DNA of 64,000 nt from Lentisphaerota bacterium. Its GTDB lineage: Bacteria > Verrucomicrobiota > Kiritimatiellia > JAAZAB01. Position 1 is the first letter of the stretch, and each line of letters starts with the position of its first letter. The notes beneath the pieces were generated by a model, which searched no databases, was not told the origin of the DNA, and saw only the letters and a list, made by a program, of their open reading frames with translations. This document shows positions 36,246-45,546 of the stretch, piece by piece. The stretch covers positions 4,290-68,289 of the forward strand of contig JACPGM010000053.1 of assembly GCA_016188985.1 (NCBI GenBank), written 5' to 3'. The position numbers and the translations under genes were made by a program.

Positions 36246-38066
36246 TTATTCTCCGGGCTGTCGTCTGGTGTCTGTCGTCAGTCGTCGGTCTTCGGGCTTG
36301 GGCGGCAGGGCGAGCTTCAGGTGCAATTCGCGGAGTTGTTTTTCGGTGACGCCGGCGGGCGCGCCCATCATCAGGTCCTGTGCCTTCTGATTCATGGGGA
36401 AGGCAATGACTTCGCGAATGTTAGCTTCATTGGCCAACAGCATCAGAATGCGGTCAATGCCGGGGGCAATGCCGCCGTGCGGCGGCGCGCCCAGCCGGAA
36501 GGCGTTGATCAATCCACCAAAGCGCTCATCCACGGCTTGTTGATCATAGCCGGCCAGGGCGAAAGCCCGATACATGATTTCGGGATCGTGGTTCCGGATC
36601 GCGCCGCTGGAAAGCTCCACGCCGTTGCAGATAATGTCATATTGATAGGCCCGGATCGCGAGCGGGTCTTGTTCCTCCAGGGCTTGCATGCCGCCCTGCG
36701 GCATCGAAAATGGATTGTGCGAGAAAATGATCTGGCCGGTTTCCTCGTCCCGTTCAAACATCGGGAAATCAGTGACCCAGCAAAACCGGAAAATCCCCTC
36801 ATCAATCAGCTTCAGGTCCTGAGCCAGTTTCACGCGCAGGTCGGCGGTGATGCGGTTGACCTCGCGCGGCCGGTCGCAGACGAAGAACACCACGTCGCTG
36901 GCGTGAACTTCGCACTGCATGGCAATCGCTTCAAGCTGCGCGGGAGTCAGGAATTTGACAATTGGTCCCTTAACCCCCGCATCGGTCCAGACCAGGTACG
37001 CCAGGCCTTTAGCGCCCAGCCCCTTGGCATAATCCGTGAGCTTGTCAAAGAAACTCCGCGGCTGGGCGGCAATTTTCCCGACGGGGATCGCCCGCACAAT
37101 TCCGCCCTGCTCGATGACCGAGCGGAAAGCGTTGAAGCCGGATTCCTTGAAAAGGGCGGTCAGGTCGCGCATTTCGATCGGAATCCGCAAATCCGGCTTA
37201 TCGGTCCCGTATTTCAACATGGCTTCCGCATAAGGGATGCGCGGGAAAGGCGGAGCGTTAAATGGTTTCCGGGAGAATGTCCGGAATACGCTGGCCAGCA
37301 CATCCTCGACGACGACGAAGACATCGTCCTGGGTGGCGAACGCCATTTCGAGATCCAACTGGTAAAATTCGCCGGGGGAGCGGTCGGCGCGGGCATCCTC
37401 GTCGCGGAAGCAGGGCGCGATCTGGAAATAGCGGTCAAACCCGGCGACCATCAGCAACTGCTTGAACTGCTGGGGGGCCTGGGGCAAGGCATAAAACTTT
37501 CCGGGATGCACGCGGCTGGGCACGAGGTAGTCGCGGGCGCCCTCCGGGGAACTGCTGGTCAGGATCGGGGTCTGGAATTCCTGGAACCCCAGGGAGAGCA
37601 TACGCTCGCGGATAAAAGCGATTACACGGGCGCGTTGAACAATGTTGCCGTGCAGCCGCTCCCGGCGCAGGTCCAGGTAGCGGTAGCGCAGGCGCAGATC
37701 TTCCGGGCCGTCTTCCATCGCGTCCACCGGAAAGGGCAAGCTGCCGCAGGGTGAAAGCACCTGGATGGCTTCCGCCACCAGCTCGATTTCGCCCGTTGCC
37801 AGATTGGGGTTAACCGTTTCCGGCGAGCGCGCCACCACGGCGCCGGTGACGGTAATGACGCTTTCCAGGTGCAGGCGCTTGCTCAGGTTGAAAAATTCGC
37901 GGTCGGGCTGAATTACCACCTGGGTCAATCCGTAATGATCGCGCAGGTCAATAAACAGCAGTTGACCATGGTCGCGTTTGCGATAAACCCAGCCGGCCAG
38001 GCGCGCGCTCCTGGAAATATCGGTTGCTCGTAATTCACCGCAGGTGCGCGTACGATAAGGATGCAT
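36246..38066 (-). CDS. aspS: Aspartate--tRNA ligase
   Basis: 'RTRTCGELR', 'FIDLRDHYG', '[17 protein letters not shown]', 'QLDLEMAF' and '[12 protein letters not shown]'. Start 38066 (MHPYRTRT) was chosen. Confidence 0.96.
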   Translation of the reverse strand: MHPYRTRTCGELRATDISRSARLAGWVYRKRDHGQLLFIDLRDHYGLTQVVIQPDREFFNLSKRLHLESVITVTGAVVARSPETVNPNLATGEIELVAEAIQVLSPCGSLPFPVDAMEDGPEDLRLRYRYLDLRRERLHGNIVQRARVIAFIRERMLSLGFQEFQTPILTSSSPEGARDYLVPSRVHPGKFYALPQAPQQFKQLLMVAGFDRYFQIAPCFRDEDARADRSPGEFYQLDLEMAFATQDDVFVVVEDVLASVFRTFSRKPFNAPPFPRIPYAEAMLKYGTDKPDLRIPIEMRDLTALFKESGFNAFRSVIEQGGIVRAIPVGKIAAQPRSFFDKLTDYAKGLGAKGLAYLVWTDAGVKGPIVKFLTPAQLEAIAMQCEVHASDVVFFVCDRPREVNRITADLRVKLAQDLKLIDEGIFRFCWVTDFPMFERDEETGQIIFSHNPFSMPQGGMQALEEQDPLAIRAYQYDIICNGVELSSGAIRNHDPEIMYRAFALAGYDQQAVDERFGGLINAFRLGAPPHGGIAPGIDRILMLLANEANIREVIAFPMNQKAQDLMMGAPAGVTEKQLRELHLKLALPPKPEDRRLTTDTRRQPGE

Positions 38067-38120
38067 GGGGAATTTTCGATTTATGATTGGTGATTTTTGG
38101 TGACTACTCAGGTCATTCAA

Positions 38121-38241
38121 CTGTTCCAGCGGCCGCACAGGCTGTGCGGCCCTACCATATTTTCATGCCATAGGCAGACCCGCCTATGGCGGGACATCTT
38201 CCCATTGGTAGGGCGGGACAGTCTTGTCCCGCCGGCTTTGC
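38121..38241 (-). repeat. Composite REP cluster, family B, copy 2 (inverted)
   Basis: See 12063-12225. Confidence 0.75.
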
Positions 38242-38291
38242 GATAGATGACTTAAGCAGATACGATTTTTGTTTATTTTCTTCAGTTGTGG

Positions 38292-39284
38292 TTATGCCGG
38301 AGGTGCGGACTGTTGATTGTCAGCCGATTCCGTGTTGAAAACGCCCATCGTCCGGAATTTTTTATAGCGCTGCTCGATGAGCTCGGCGGGCGCTACTCTT
38401 TTCAGGTCGCGCAAATGGTGCAACCAGCGCTGTTTCAGCGTTGCGGCCATGGTCTTGGGATCCGTATGCGCGCCTCCTAACGGTTCGGGCACGATCTCGT
38501 CCACCAGGCCGGCTTGCAACAGGTCCGGGGCGGTCAGTTTGAGCGCGGCGGCCGCCTGGCCGGTGAAGGCCCGGTCTTTCCACAGGATCGCCGCGCAGCC
38601 TTCGGGCGAAATCACCGAATAATAGGCGTGTTCCAGGATCAGGATGCGATCGCCCACGCCGATGCCCAGCGCCCCGCCGCTGCCGCCCTCGCCGATCACG
38701 GTGACAATGATGGGAACCTTGAGGAGAAATAATTCGCGTAGATTCGTGGCAATGGCCTCGGCCACGTGACGCTCCTCGCTGCCTACGCCGGGATACGCGC
38801 CGGGCGTGTCAATCAGGGTCAGAATCGGGCAGGCGAATTTGGCCGCCAGTTTCATCAGACGCAGCGCCTTGCGGTAGCCTTCGGGATGGGCCATGCCGAA
38901 ATTATGGGTCACGTTGCTTTTAACGTCGCGCCCCTTCTGCGTGCCCAGAATCATGACCGGTTCGTTATCCAGGCGCGCCCAGCCGCCGATCATGGCCTGG
39001 TCGTCGGCATAATGCCGGTCGCCATGCAGCTCGATAAAATCCGTGCAGATCGCTTCAATATAGTCCCGCGTATAAGGGCGCTGGGGATGGCGCGCCAGTT
39101 GCACTTTGTCCCAGGCGCTCAGGTTCTGAAAAATGGCGCGCTTGGTCTCGGCGATTTGTTTTTGCAGTTCGGCCAGTTCGGCCGAGACATCAATGTTTTG
39201 CGCGGCGCTGAAGGCGCGCAGCTCCTGGAGCTTGTTTTCCAGCTCCAGAATGGGCGCTTCGAACGGTAACGAATAGGTTGCCAT
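38292..39284 (-). CDS. accA: Acetyl-CoA carboxylase carboxyltransferase subunit alpha
   Basis: 'ARHPQRPYTRDYI', 'GHPEGYRKALRLMKLAAKF', 'TPGAYPGVGSEERHVAEAIA' and 'GEGGSGGALGIG'. Confidence 0.95.
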   Translation of the reverse strand: MATYSLPFEAPILELENKLQELRAFSAAQNIDVSAELAELQKQIAETKRAIFQNLSAWDKVQLARHPQRPYTRDYIEAICTDFIELHGDRHYADDQAMIGGWARLDNEPVMILGTQKGRDVKSNVTHNFGMAHPEGYRKALRLMKLAAKFACPILTLIDTPGAYPGVGSEERHVAEAIATNLRELFLLKVPIIVTVIGEGGSGGALGIGVGDRILILEHAYYSVISPEGCAAILWKDRAFTGQAAAALKLTAPDLLQAGLVDEIVPEPLGGAHTDPKTMAATLKQRWLHHLRDLKRVAPAELIEQRYKKFRTMGVFNTESADNQQSAPPA

Positions 39285-39320
39285 GGAATGAATCCCGCCT
39301 GAAAACGGAGCTGGCCGCTG

Positions 39321-40235
39321 CTATTCAGCGATGGCCACTGGCGTTCCGAGGGGCAGAAGCAAAAACAGTTCTTCGGCGTTGTTGTTGGCCAGGCGCACGC
39401 AGCCGGCGCTGGCTTGCTGGCCGATGGTTTCCGGTTGCCAGGTGCCGTGCAAACCGTAGCCGCGCACCGCCGGAGTCTCGCCGGTGGCGGTCAAGCTCAT
39501 CCAGCGCGTCCCCAGGATGTTTTCCTTGTCGCCATAAGGAACCATCTTGCCGTCCGGCCGCCACCAGTCCGGCTGCTCGATCTTGTCGGTAATCACGAAA
39601 GTGCCGACGGGCGTTGAGCCGTATTTGCCGGTGCCAACGCGGTAGCGCTTGAAAAAACGGTTGTTGACCGAAAGCACCAGATCGTTGCGGCTCTTGCTGA
39701 TGGCCAGTTGACAGGCGCCTTTGAAGACCAGCAAGCGGTCGCCCGGATGCAGCATGGGCCGGTCAAGCGCATTGCTTTTTTTGATCAGTTCGGCGGTAGT
39801 CTTGAATTTCCTGGCAATGCGCTCCAGGTTATCGCCGGACTGAACGAGGTACTCCTCTTTTTCGGGCATGGCCGCCGGCGATAAAAGCAACTCGAAGTTG
39901 ATTTGTCCCAGCAAGGTCTCCAACGATTGCCTTAGCTCCTGGTCTAAACTCTGCGCCAGCAGCTCGTAGCCCTTGGCGCGGGCCTCGGCGAGCGACTTGT
40001 TGGCATAGAGCGCGCGAATTGTCTGCCAAGCCCGCTGCTGGGGCTTGACGGTCGGCTGCGCGCTGACTGGCCGGGAAAGCGCTTGCGCACTACGCCTGGT
40101 TGAAGCCCGGCACGAACGGATCAGAACGACGGTGGCGATGCCGGCAGTGACGAGTAAAATAACCAGCAAGAATACAGCTAACCGGGAACGACGTTCCGGG
40201 CCTTGAATCATCAGGTTATCCAGGTCATCAGCCAT
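39321..40235 (-). CDS. LysM domain-containing L,D-transpeptidase (YkuD family)
   Basis: N-terminal TM segment. LysM 'YLVQSGDNLERIARKFKTTAELIKKSN'. YkuD catalytic 'GLHGT...SAGCVRL'. Confidence 0.85.
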   Translation of the reverse strand: MADDLDNLMIQGPERRSRLAVFLLVILLVTAGIATVVLIRSCRASTRRSAQALSRPVSAQPTVKPQQRAWQTIRALYANKSLAEARAKGYELLAQSLDQELRQSLETLLGQINFELLLSPAAMPEKEEYLVQSGDNLERIARKFKTTAELIKKSNALDRPMLHPGDRLLVFKGACQLAISKSRNDLVLSVNNRFFKRYRVGTGKYGSTPVGTFVITDKIEQPDWWRPDGKMVPYGDKENILGTRWMSLTATGETPAVRGYGLHGTWQPETIGQQASAGCVRLANNNAEELFLLLPLGTPVAIAE

Positions 40236-40364
40236 AATTTAAATCCTCTGATAAAAGACTAAAGTATCCAACATGGCTTGCCTTAAAGTGCCGCTACGAT
40301 AAACCAGCGCACTTCCCTTGGCAAGCGCATTTCCTGTCAGAAAGTAACCCCTGGTTGCCCAGCA

Positions 40365-41717
40365 TCATTTCGCAACAAGGAGGTTGGCGAGGCCGACTGT
40401 GTGGCGAGGCATGTGAAGGGAGATGCGATTGCCTTGCACAGAGATGGCGTCGCAAACGGTTTGAAGGTCGTGCTCCGGATCAATGCAAAGGATCTGCGCC
40501 TCCTCCATGGATCGGGGGGCCCGGTCGAGGTCAATGGTCCAGCGGTCGCGGTCAGAGCCATGATTGGCAAGGAACATTGATATTCGGCTTCCGTCTGCTG
40601 CGAGGCCCGCCAGCACCGCAAGCCCATGGTCCGGGTCGCTGCCCGATACGGCGAGGCGCTCCGGAGAAGCATCCATTAGTGTGGTCAGGGCGCGAAAGGC
40701 GTAGTAGGGTTTATGCGGCAGTCCTTGGAAGCTGAACATCCCGTAGTTGAAGTTCATGGAGGAGTAGTAGTTCGTCATGTCGAGCGGTAGATCCTGCATG
40801 GCGATGAGGCAGGTGGCGGCCAGCGAGGCGCCGGCGGATGAGTTCTTGTATGCGAAAAAGTCCCGTTCGGTCTGCGGAGTTGCGCGCATACCCTTGAACC
40901 CGCCGGGGAACGGCGCCATGTTCCATTCGTTCAAGTGGTTTTCGGTCTTGGTGAAGCCATAATGGTCGAGGATGGCGCGAACCTCGCGGGAGGCGACCGC
41001 GATTTCTCCAGCGGAGTCAGGATAGGTGTGCCAGGAAAGAAAGTCGAGCGGACACCCCGTGTCACGCAGTTTCGGCAGGAAACTGTGTAATTTGTCACGG
41101 CTGTTGCGTATGCTGCCGTTGAACGCCGGCCCGCCGATGCTGATATCGGGACAGACGGCCTTGATGCGTTTGGCCGCCGTGATAAAGAAGGCGATGAACG
41201 ATTCGTAGGTCCCATTCCACTGCGTTGCGCCGTTATCGGCCTCGTTCCATATCTCCCAATACCGGATGTTGTGGTGGAAACCGCCGGCCCAGCCTTCGTT
41301 GTAATGGCGGATTATTTGGATGCAGATATCGGCCCATTTCTTGAAATCCGCCGGGGGATCGGTCAGGCCGCTGAATTCCGGTCGTCTTCGCAAGCTGACG
41401 CCCAGTCGGTAGACGATGCCGCAGTCACAGTCCAGAATACTCTGGATGTAGCTGTCCGTAGCTCGGAATACGTAATTGGCAGGGTCGGCCGGGTCGAGGT
41501 GAAACAATGGAAAGATGCAGGGGACGTCTACGACGTCGAAACATGCATGTGGGCAGTCGTGCAGACGAACCGTTGGAAATCGGACCTGTTTGAAGAACTC
41601 GCACGCGTTGTACGCGCCCTGTCTGTAGATAGGGCCCACATTTGTGCCGTGGATGCGTCGGAACGATCCCGCCGGCTTGCTGCAATCAATCGTGATGTCG
41701 GCCTGGCATTGCTGCAT
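40365..41717 (-). CDS. Clan GH-A glycoside hydrolase (GH39-like)
   Basis: 'IRYWEIWNEADN' (the acid/base NE motif of clan A). Start 41717 has a GGAGGA RBS. Confidence 0.7.
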   Translation of the reverse strand: MQQCQADITIDCSKPAGSFRRIHGTNVGPIYRQGAYNACEFFKQVRFPTVRLHDCPHACFDVVDVPCIFPLFHLDPADPANYVFRATDSYIQSILDCDCGIVYRLGVSLRRRPEFSGLTDPPADFKKWADICIQIIRHYNEGWAGGFHHNIRYWEIWNEADNGATQWNGTYESFIAFFITAAKRIKAVCPDISIGGPAFNGSIRNSRDKLHSFLPKLRDTGCPLDFLSWHTYPDSAGEIAVASREVRAILDHYGFTKTENHLNEWNMAPFPGGFKGMRATPQTERDFFAYKNSSAGASLAATCLIAMQDLPLDMTNYYSSMNFNYGMFSFQGLPHKPYYAFRALTTLMDASPERLAVSGSDPDHGLAVLAGLAADGSRISMFLANHGSDRDRWTIDLDRAPRSMEEAQILCIDPEHDLQTVCDAISVQGNRISLHMPRHTVGLANLLVAK

Positions 41718-41924
41718 ATTGCCTTCCTCCTTGTTTCGTTCCAACTTTGCTATTACCTGAATATTGCGCCGAAGGCGCAAAAAAATGACTGAAAAACCAC
41801 TGGGAACCTCCTGGTGGATTGGGTTAAACCAATAACCAACCCACTGAAACCGATCGCCAGCCATCATGCACAGATCCGGCGGATCGATGGGGCGGAATTC
41901 ACGGCTGGATCGGGATTTTTCATA

Positions 41925-43529
41925 TCACCCCGCAAACGCAAAGGTGAACAGCCGGGCCGAGCGCATAAAGAACTCCAAACGGACAGGCGTTCCGGCCAGG
42001 AAGCTCAAATCGCTTCTTCCCTTCCATGTGACGGTATGCCGCAGGTGATTCAGATCCACCGGATCGCAATCCTCCCGCGTAAAACCGCCGACCGGGCGGC
42101 CCTCGGCGTCCCTGATTTGCACGAAAGCCTCGCCCAACCCCTGGCAGTCAATGTTCAGTTCAAGCTGCTTGCCATCGTGCCACAAAAGAGGCGTCAGAAA
42201 CCGTCCGCCGCGCGGACCGGCGGTTGCGGCGATGAAACGATCTTTTTGTTGCACAAGCCGGAAGACCGTTCCGCCCTCTTGAACGCCGTCCGGATCGAAT
42301 ACGCCGTGCGTTGTGCGACACCCCAGGTAATATTGAAAAACCTCGTCTCCGCGCCGGATCATGCCGGGCACGACCATGATCAAGCCGCCGTCGGGTTCCC
42401 CATACAGACCGTTCCCGACGTAGGGCCGCCGATCGGGCCGGCTCCACGTGCGCCCGTCGCGGCTCACCGCGAGCTGCGTTTCGAAGACTCCGTCATTGCC
42501 GCGCGCAAAATACCGGTGGGTCTCGCGCCCGCGGCGGTCAACAGAACCGGGATACTTGCGGAAAAGACCGGGAAAACCCAGCCATACCCCGTCGGCATAG
42601 CGGGTGGCGCTGAGATGGTTGATGTCAAGACTGGGCAGCGGCATATCTCCGGCGTCAATGTCCAGTGCGGTCTCCAGTTCGTCCGTGACATAGATGCAGC
42701 CCGTATGATCCAGCTTCCGTTCGCGAGCCGCGAAAGGCCAGGGCGTCTGATCCAGACTCTCCACTTCGCACCGCACAATGGTGCGGCGATTTGGAAATCC
42801 GCGCAGCAGCGCCACATACCGGCGCGTGGCGGGGTCGTAGAGGATCTGGTTGTTGGTGTCGGCGGTGAACGGCAACACCGGCTGGGGTTTCATCGTCCAC
42901 CGTATGCCGTCGGGCGATACGCTTAGGTAGAGCTTGCCTCCCTTCGAAGAGATCGCCATGAAGCGTTCCGCTGGGGAGCCCGCGGGATTGATCGCCGCCA
43001 CGCAATTCGCGCCGGTGAAAGGGAAAAAATTGTTCGCGCGGCTGCCGTGATAGTCCATGAGACCGAGTTCAGGACGCTCCCAACGAATGCCGTCCGCGCT
43101 CGTGAAAAAACCTTTGTGATAGAGTTCGCGACAGACCCATTCGATTCCCGGAAGGGGCCAGCCGCAGGAGCGGCAAAGAAGCTGCCGGCCTTCGTTTCCC
43201 TTGTTGCAGCAGGGACAGGCAACCTTTCCCGGCACGCCCTCGTAGCGCGCGATGCCGAGTGTCCACATTTTGTATATCCCATCGTCCTCGAGCACGGCCG
43301 ATGGCTCGATCCGGTAAGCCTCCCACGCATGCTCTGGTTTGAGAACCGGCCCCGCCTTTAGGGCCGGGTTCATTTCAAGCGTCATGCCGTCGCATTCCAG
43401 GAAGAACAAGTCATCCAGAAAGAATTGCGTTGTCGTGCCGATAGTCATGGGCTTCATGCGCAGATTCGGCGGATTCAAGGGACCGTAATTAGCAACTGGA
43501 TCGGAATTTCCCATACCTATGGATTTCAT
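41925..43529 (-). CDS. Hypothetical protein, beta-propeller-like (possible glycoside hydrolase) with an inserted zinc ribbon
   Basis: Long ORF next to the GH39-like gene. 'CPCCNKGNEGRQLLCRSCGWPL' is CxxC...CxxC. Start 43529 has a GAGGAA RBS. Confidence 0.6.
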   Translation of the reverse strand: MKSIGMGNSDPVANYGPLNPPNLRMKPMTIGTTTQFFLDDLFFLECDGMTLEMNPALKAGPVLKPEHAWEAYRIEPSAVLEDDGIYKMWTLGIARYEGVPGKVACPCCNKGNEGRQLLCRSCGWPLPGIEWVCRELYHKGFFTSADGIRWERPELGLMDYHGSRANNFFPFTGANCVAAINPAGSPAERFMAISSKGGKLYLSVSPDGIRWTMKPQPVLPFTADTNNQILYDPATRRYVALLRGFPNRRTIVRCEVESLDQTPWPFAARERKLDHTGCIYVTDELETALDIDAGDMPLPSLDINHLSATRYADGVWLGFPGLFRKYPGSVDRRGRETHRYFARGNDGVFETQLAVSRDGRTWSRPDRRPYVGNGLYGEPDGGLIMVVPGMIRRGDEVFQYYLGCRTTHGVFDPDGVQEGGTVFRLVQQKDRFIAATAGPRGGRFLTPLLWHDGKQLELNIDCQGLGEAFVQIRDAEGRPVGGFTREDCDPVDLNHLRHTVTWKGRSDLSFLAGTPVRLEFFMRSARLFTFAFAG

Positions 43530-43675
43530 TGCCGTTTCCTCTTGGTCAGGTCCGGGCGATGCGCGCGGCGGCTCAAACACTTAATGGATAGCGAATTCCC
43601 GGCGCAGAAGCAAAGAGAATTGCCGCGTTTCTATCATTGACAGGCGGGCATAAACGGGCATGGTTAATGCTGCTC

Positions 43676-44974
43676 ATGAAATCCACGCAACCACACGTCT
43701 TGTTTGTATGCACCGGCAACGCGGGGCGAAGCCAGATGGCGGAGGCCCTCTTCAAGCGTCTGGCCGGCGGAAAGACGGCGGTTTCCAGCGCCGGTGTGGC
43801 ACCGTGGGATCATCTGCATCCCATGGCCGTGCGCCTGATGCGGGAACGGGGCATTGACATGGCCCAGGACGGCCAGCGCCCGAAGGATGTTCGAGCCTTC
43901 TCCGAGGCGCTGTTCGATGTCGTAGTCACGCTGGGCGGCCGGGCGCTGGCCTTGACGCCTGAACTGCGCGGCAATCCGCGGCGCATGCACCTGGAAATTA
44001 AGGATCCTGCCGACGCCGATCAGGAGGGTGCGGAACGCCAGGAGGCCGCCTTCCGGTTCGCCTTGACGGAGATCGAAAGGCGCTTGCCGGATGTGCTGGC
44101 GTGCGCCACAGAAGGCGCCCGCGCCGGCGCGCTGCACCTGGCCGGGGGCATTTCAACGTGTTTTTCGCGTCTAGATTTCTCGCATCCCAATGCGTTCGAA
44201 CCATCGCGACATCTGCCCCTGCTGGCCCAGACCGGGTTCAAGTGCATCGAGCTGAATTTGTACCTGGGTGGTTTGGACTTTGCCTGGGATCGCCCGGAAC
44301 GGTTGCGGGAACTGGCGGCCGCCGCCTCCGACAACGGCATCCGCATATATTCGGTCCACGCTGTGGGCGACTGGGTGACCCAGGTCGAGCCCCAGCGCCG
44401 CCGGCTCATGATCGATCTGGCCAAGGCGAGCGCCGATGTCGCCGCCATGCTGGGGGCTTCTGTGATCCCTTTCCATGCCGGGCTTCCGCAAGGTTTGGAG
44501 CGCGCCGAGGGAGAAGCCGTGCTCCGGGATGTTCTCGCGGAGCTGGAAGCGCACGTTTTGTCGTGCTCCTGCGCATTCGGCTGGGAAAACGAGGCCATGG
44601 GGCTGACCGCCGAGGAGCACCTCGCCTGGATTCGCCGGTATCGCCCGGGCGCCATGGGGCTTGTCCTGGATACGGGCCACTCCAATCTTGTCGGTGACAC
44701 CGACCGCTATCTGGCCGTCGCGGGACTGCGTTTGAGCGGCCTGCATCTGAACGACAATCACGGCTCGTCAGACGATCATATGCTGCCGGGCCTCGGCACA
44801 GCCGCGTGGGAAGGCTTTACAGGGAAACTGTTGCGAACCGGCTATATCGGACCGCTGATGTTGGAAATTCACGATTTCGCGCGGCAACACGAGCTGCCTG
44901 CCGTACTGAGAGATGCGGCGGCGTCCCTGGACCGGCTCCGCAGCCAGATCCCGCCGGAGGCGGGCACCCTGTAA
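43676..44974 (+). CDS. Fusion protein: LMW protein-tyrosine-phosphatase/ArsC-like domain + xylose-isomerase-like TIM-barrel domain
   Basis: N-terminus 'VLFVCTGNAGRSQMAEA' (CX5R-S P-loop). The C-terminal half carries 'HLNDNHGSSDDHMLPGLG', typical of sugar-phosphate isomerase/epimerase (AP-endonuclease-2) TIM barrels. The start could be 43667 or 43676. Confidence 0.75.
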   Translation: MKSTQPHVLFVCTGNAGRSQMAEALFKRLAGGKTAVSSAGVAPWDHLHPMAVRLMRERGIDMAQDGQRPKDVRAFSEALFDVVVTLGGRALALTPELRGNPRRMHLEIKDPADADQEGAERQEAAFRFALTEIERRLPDVLACATEGARAGALHLAGGISTCFSRLDFSHPNAFEPSRHLPLLAQTGFKCIELNLYLGGLDFAWDRPERLRELAAAASDNGIRIYSVHAVGDWVTQVEPQRRRLMIDLAKASADVAAMLGASVIPFHAGLPQGLERAEGEAVLRDVLAELEAHVLSCSCAFGWENEAMGLTAEEHLAWIRRYRPGAMGLVLDTGHSNLVGDTDRYLAVAGLRLSGLHLNDNHGSSDDHMLPGLGTAAWEGFTGKLLRTGYIGPLMLEIHDFARQHELPAVLRDAAASLDRLRSQIPPEAGTL

Positions 44975-45273
44975 AATTTAAAGTTCAAGGGTTCAGTGCT
45001 CAGGAGAGATGGCATGTTTTAGAGTGCCGATTTCCGATTTTGCGGCAATCCAAAATCTAAAATCTAAAATCCATCTTTAGGAACTTCGGGTCAAACCATA
45101 AAATAACACTTAACGACTTCAGAGTCCTAAATAAAAGGGGGATACTTTTTCGGGCGCGAAGGTCGGCCGGGGATGAACGGATCCCCGCAGGTGGTGGGAT
45201 GCGGCTCACGGTCGTGAGTCGCAATGAGCCGCAACGGGTTGCCTCCTGCGGCTACTATCCACATTAGGGGTTA

Positions 45274-45421
45274 CCCAACCCGCTGGGGCGCAACCTCTTT
45301 GGTCGTTGCGCGGCGTTCCACGCGAAGGACAATACCTTCCAGGTATTCCACCTTCGCGTGCGCCTTGCGCAATCGGCAATATAGGTTGCGACATTGTCAT
45401 AATATTTACGAAACAGAGCAC
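45274..45421 (+). repeat. Partial (right-half) copy of the 58663-58939 TIR element, upstream of a sulfatase gene
   Basis: About 148 nt collinear with 58791-58939. Three hairpins are conserved, for example cacgcgaagg..aatacct-tcc-aggtatt..ccttcgcgtg. Confidence 0.75.
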
Positions 45422-45546
45422 TTAGACTTTTTGCTTGTCGGCAGGGAGCCGGAAAACATATATTATCCGCCTAGCGGAGATGAAGCTACCCTGACAGAGC
45501 CGCCGGCTATGTGCTTGACGTGCGGATACTAACACCGGGATTTGGC

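Noticed and set aside
36321-37754. 477-aa ORF antisense to aspS
   Set aside because: It is a shadow ORF opposite an unambiguous AspRS gene.
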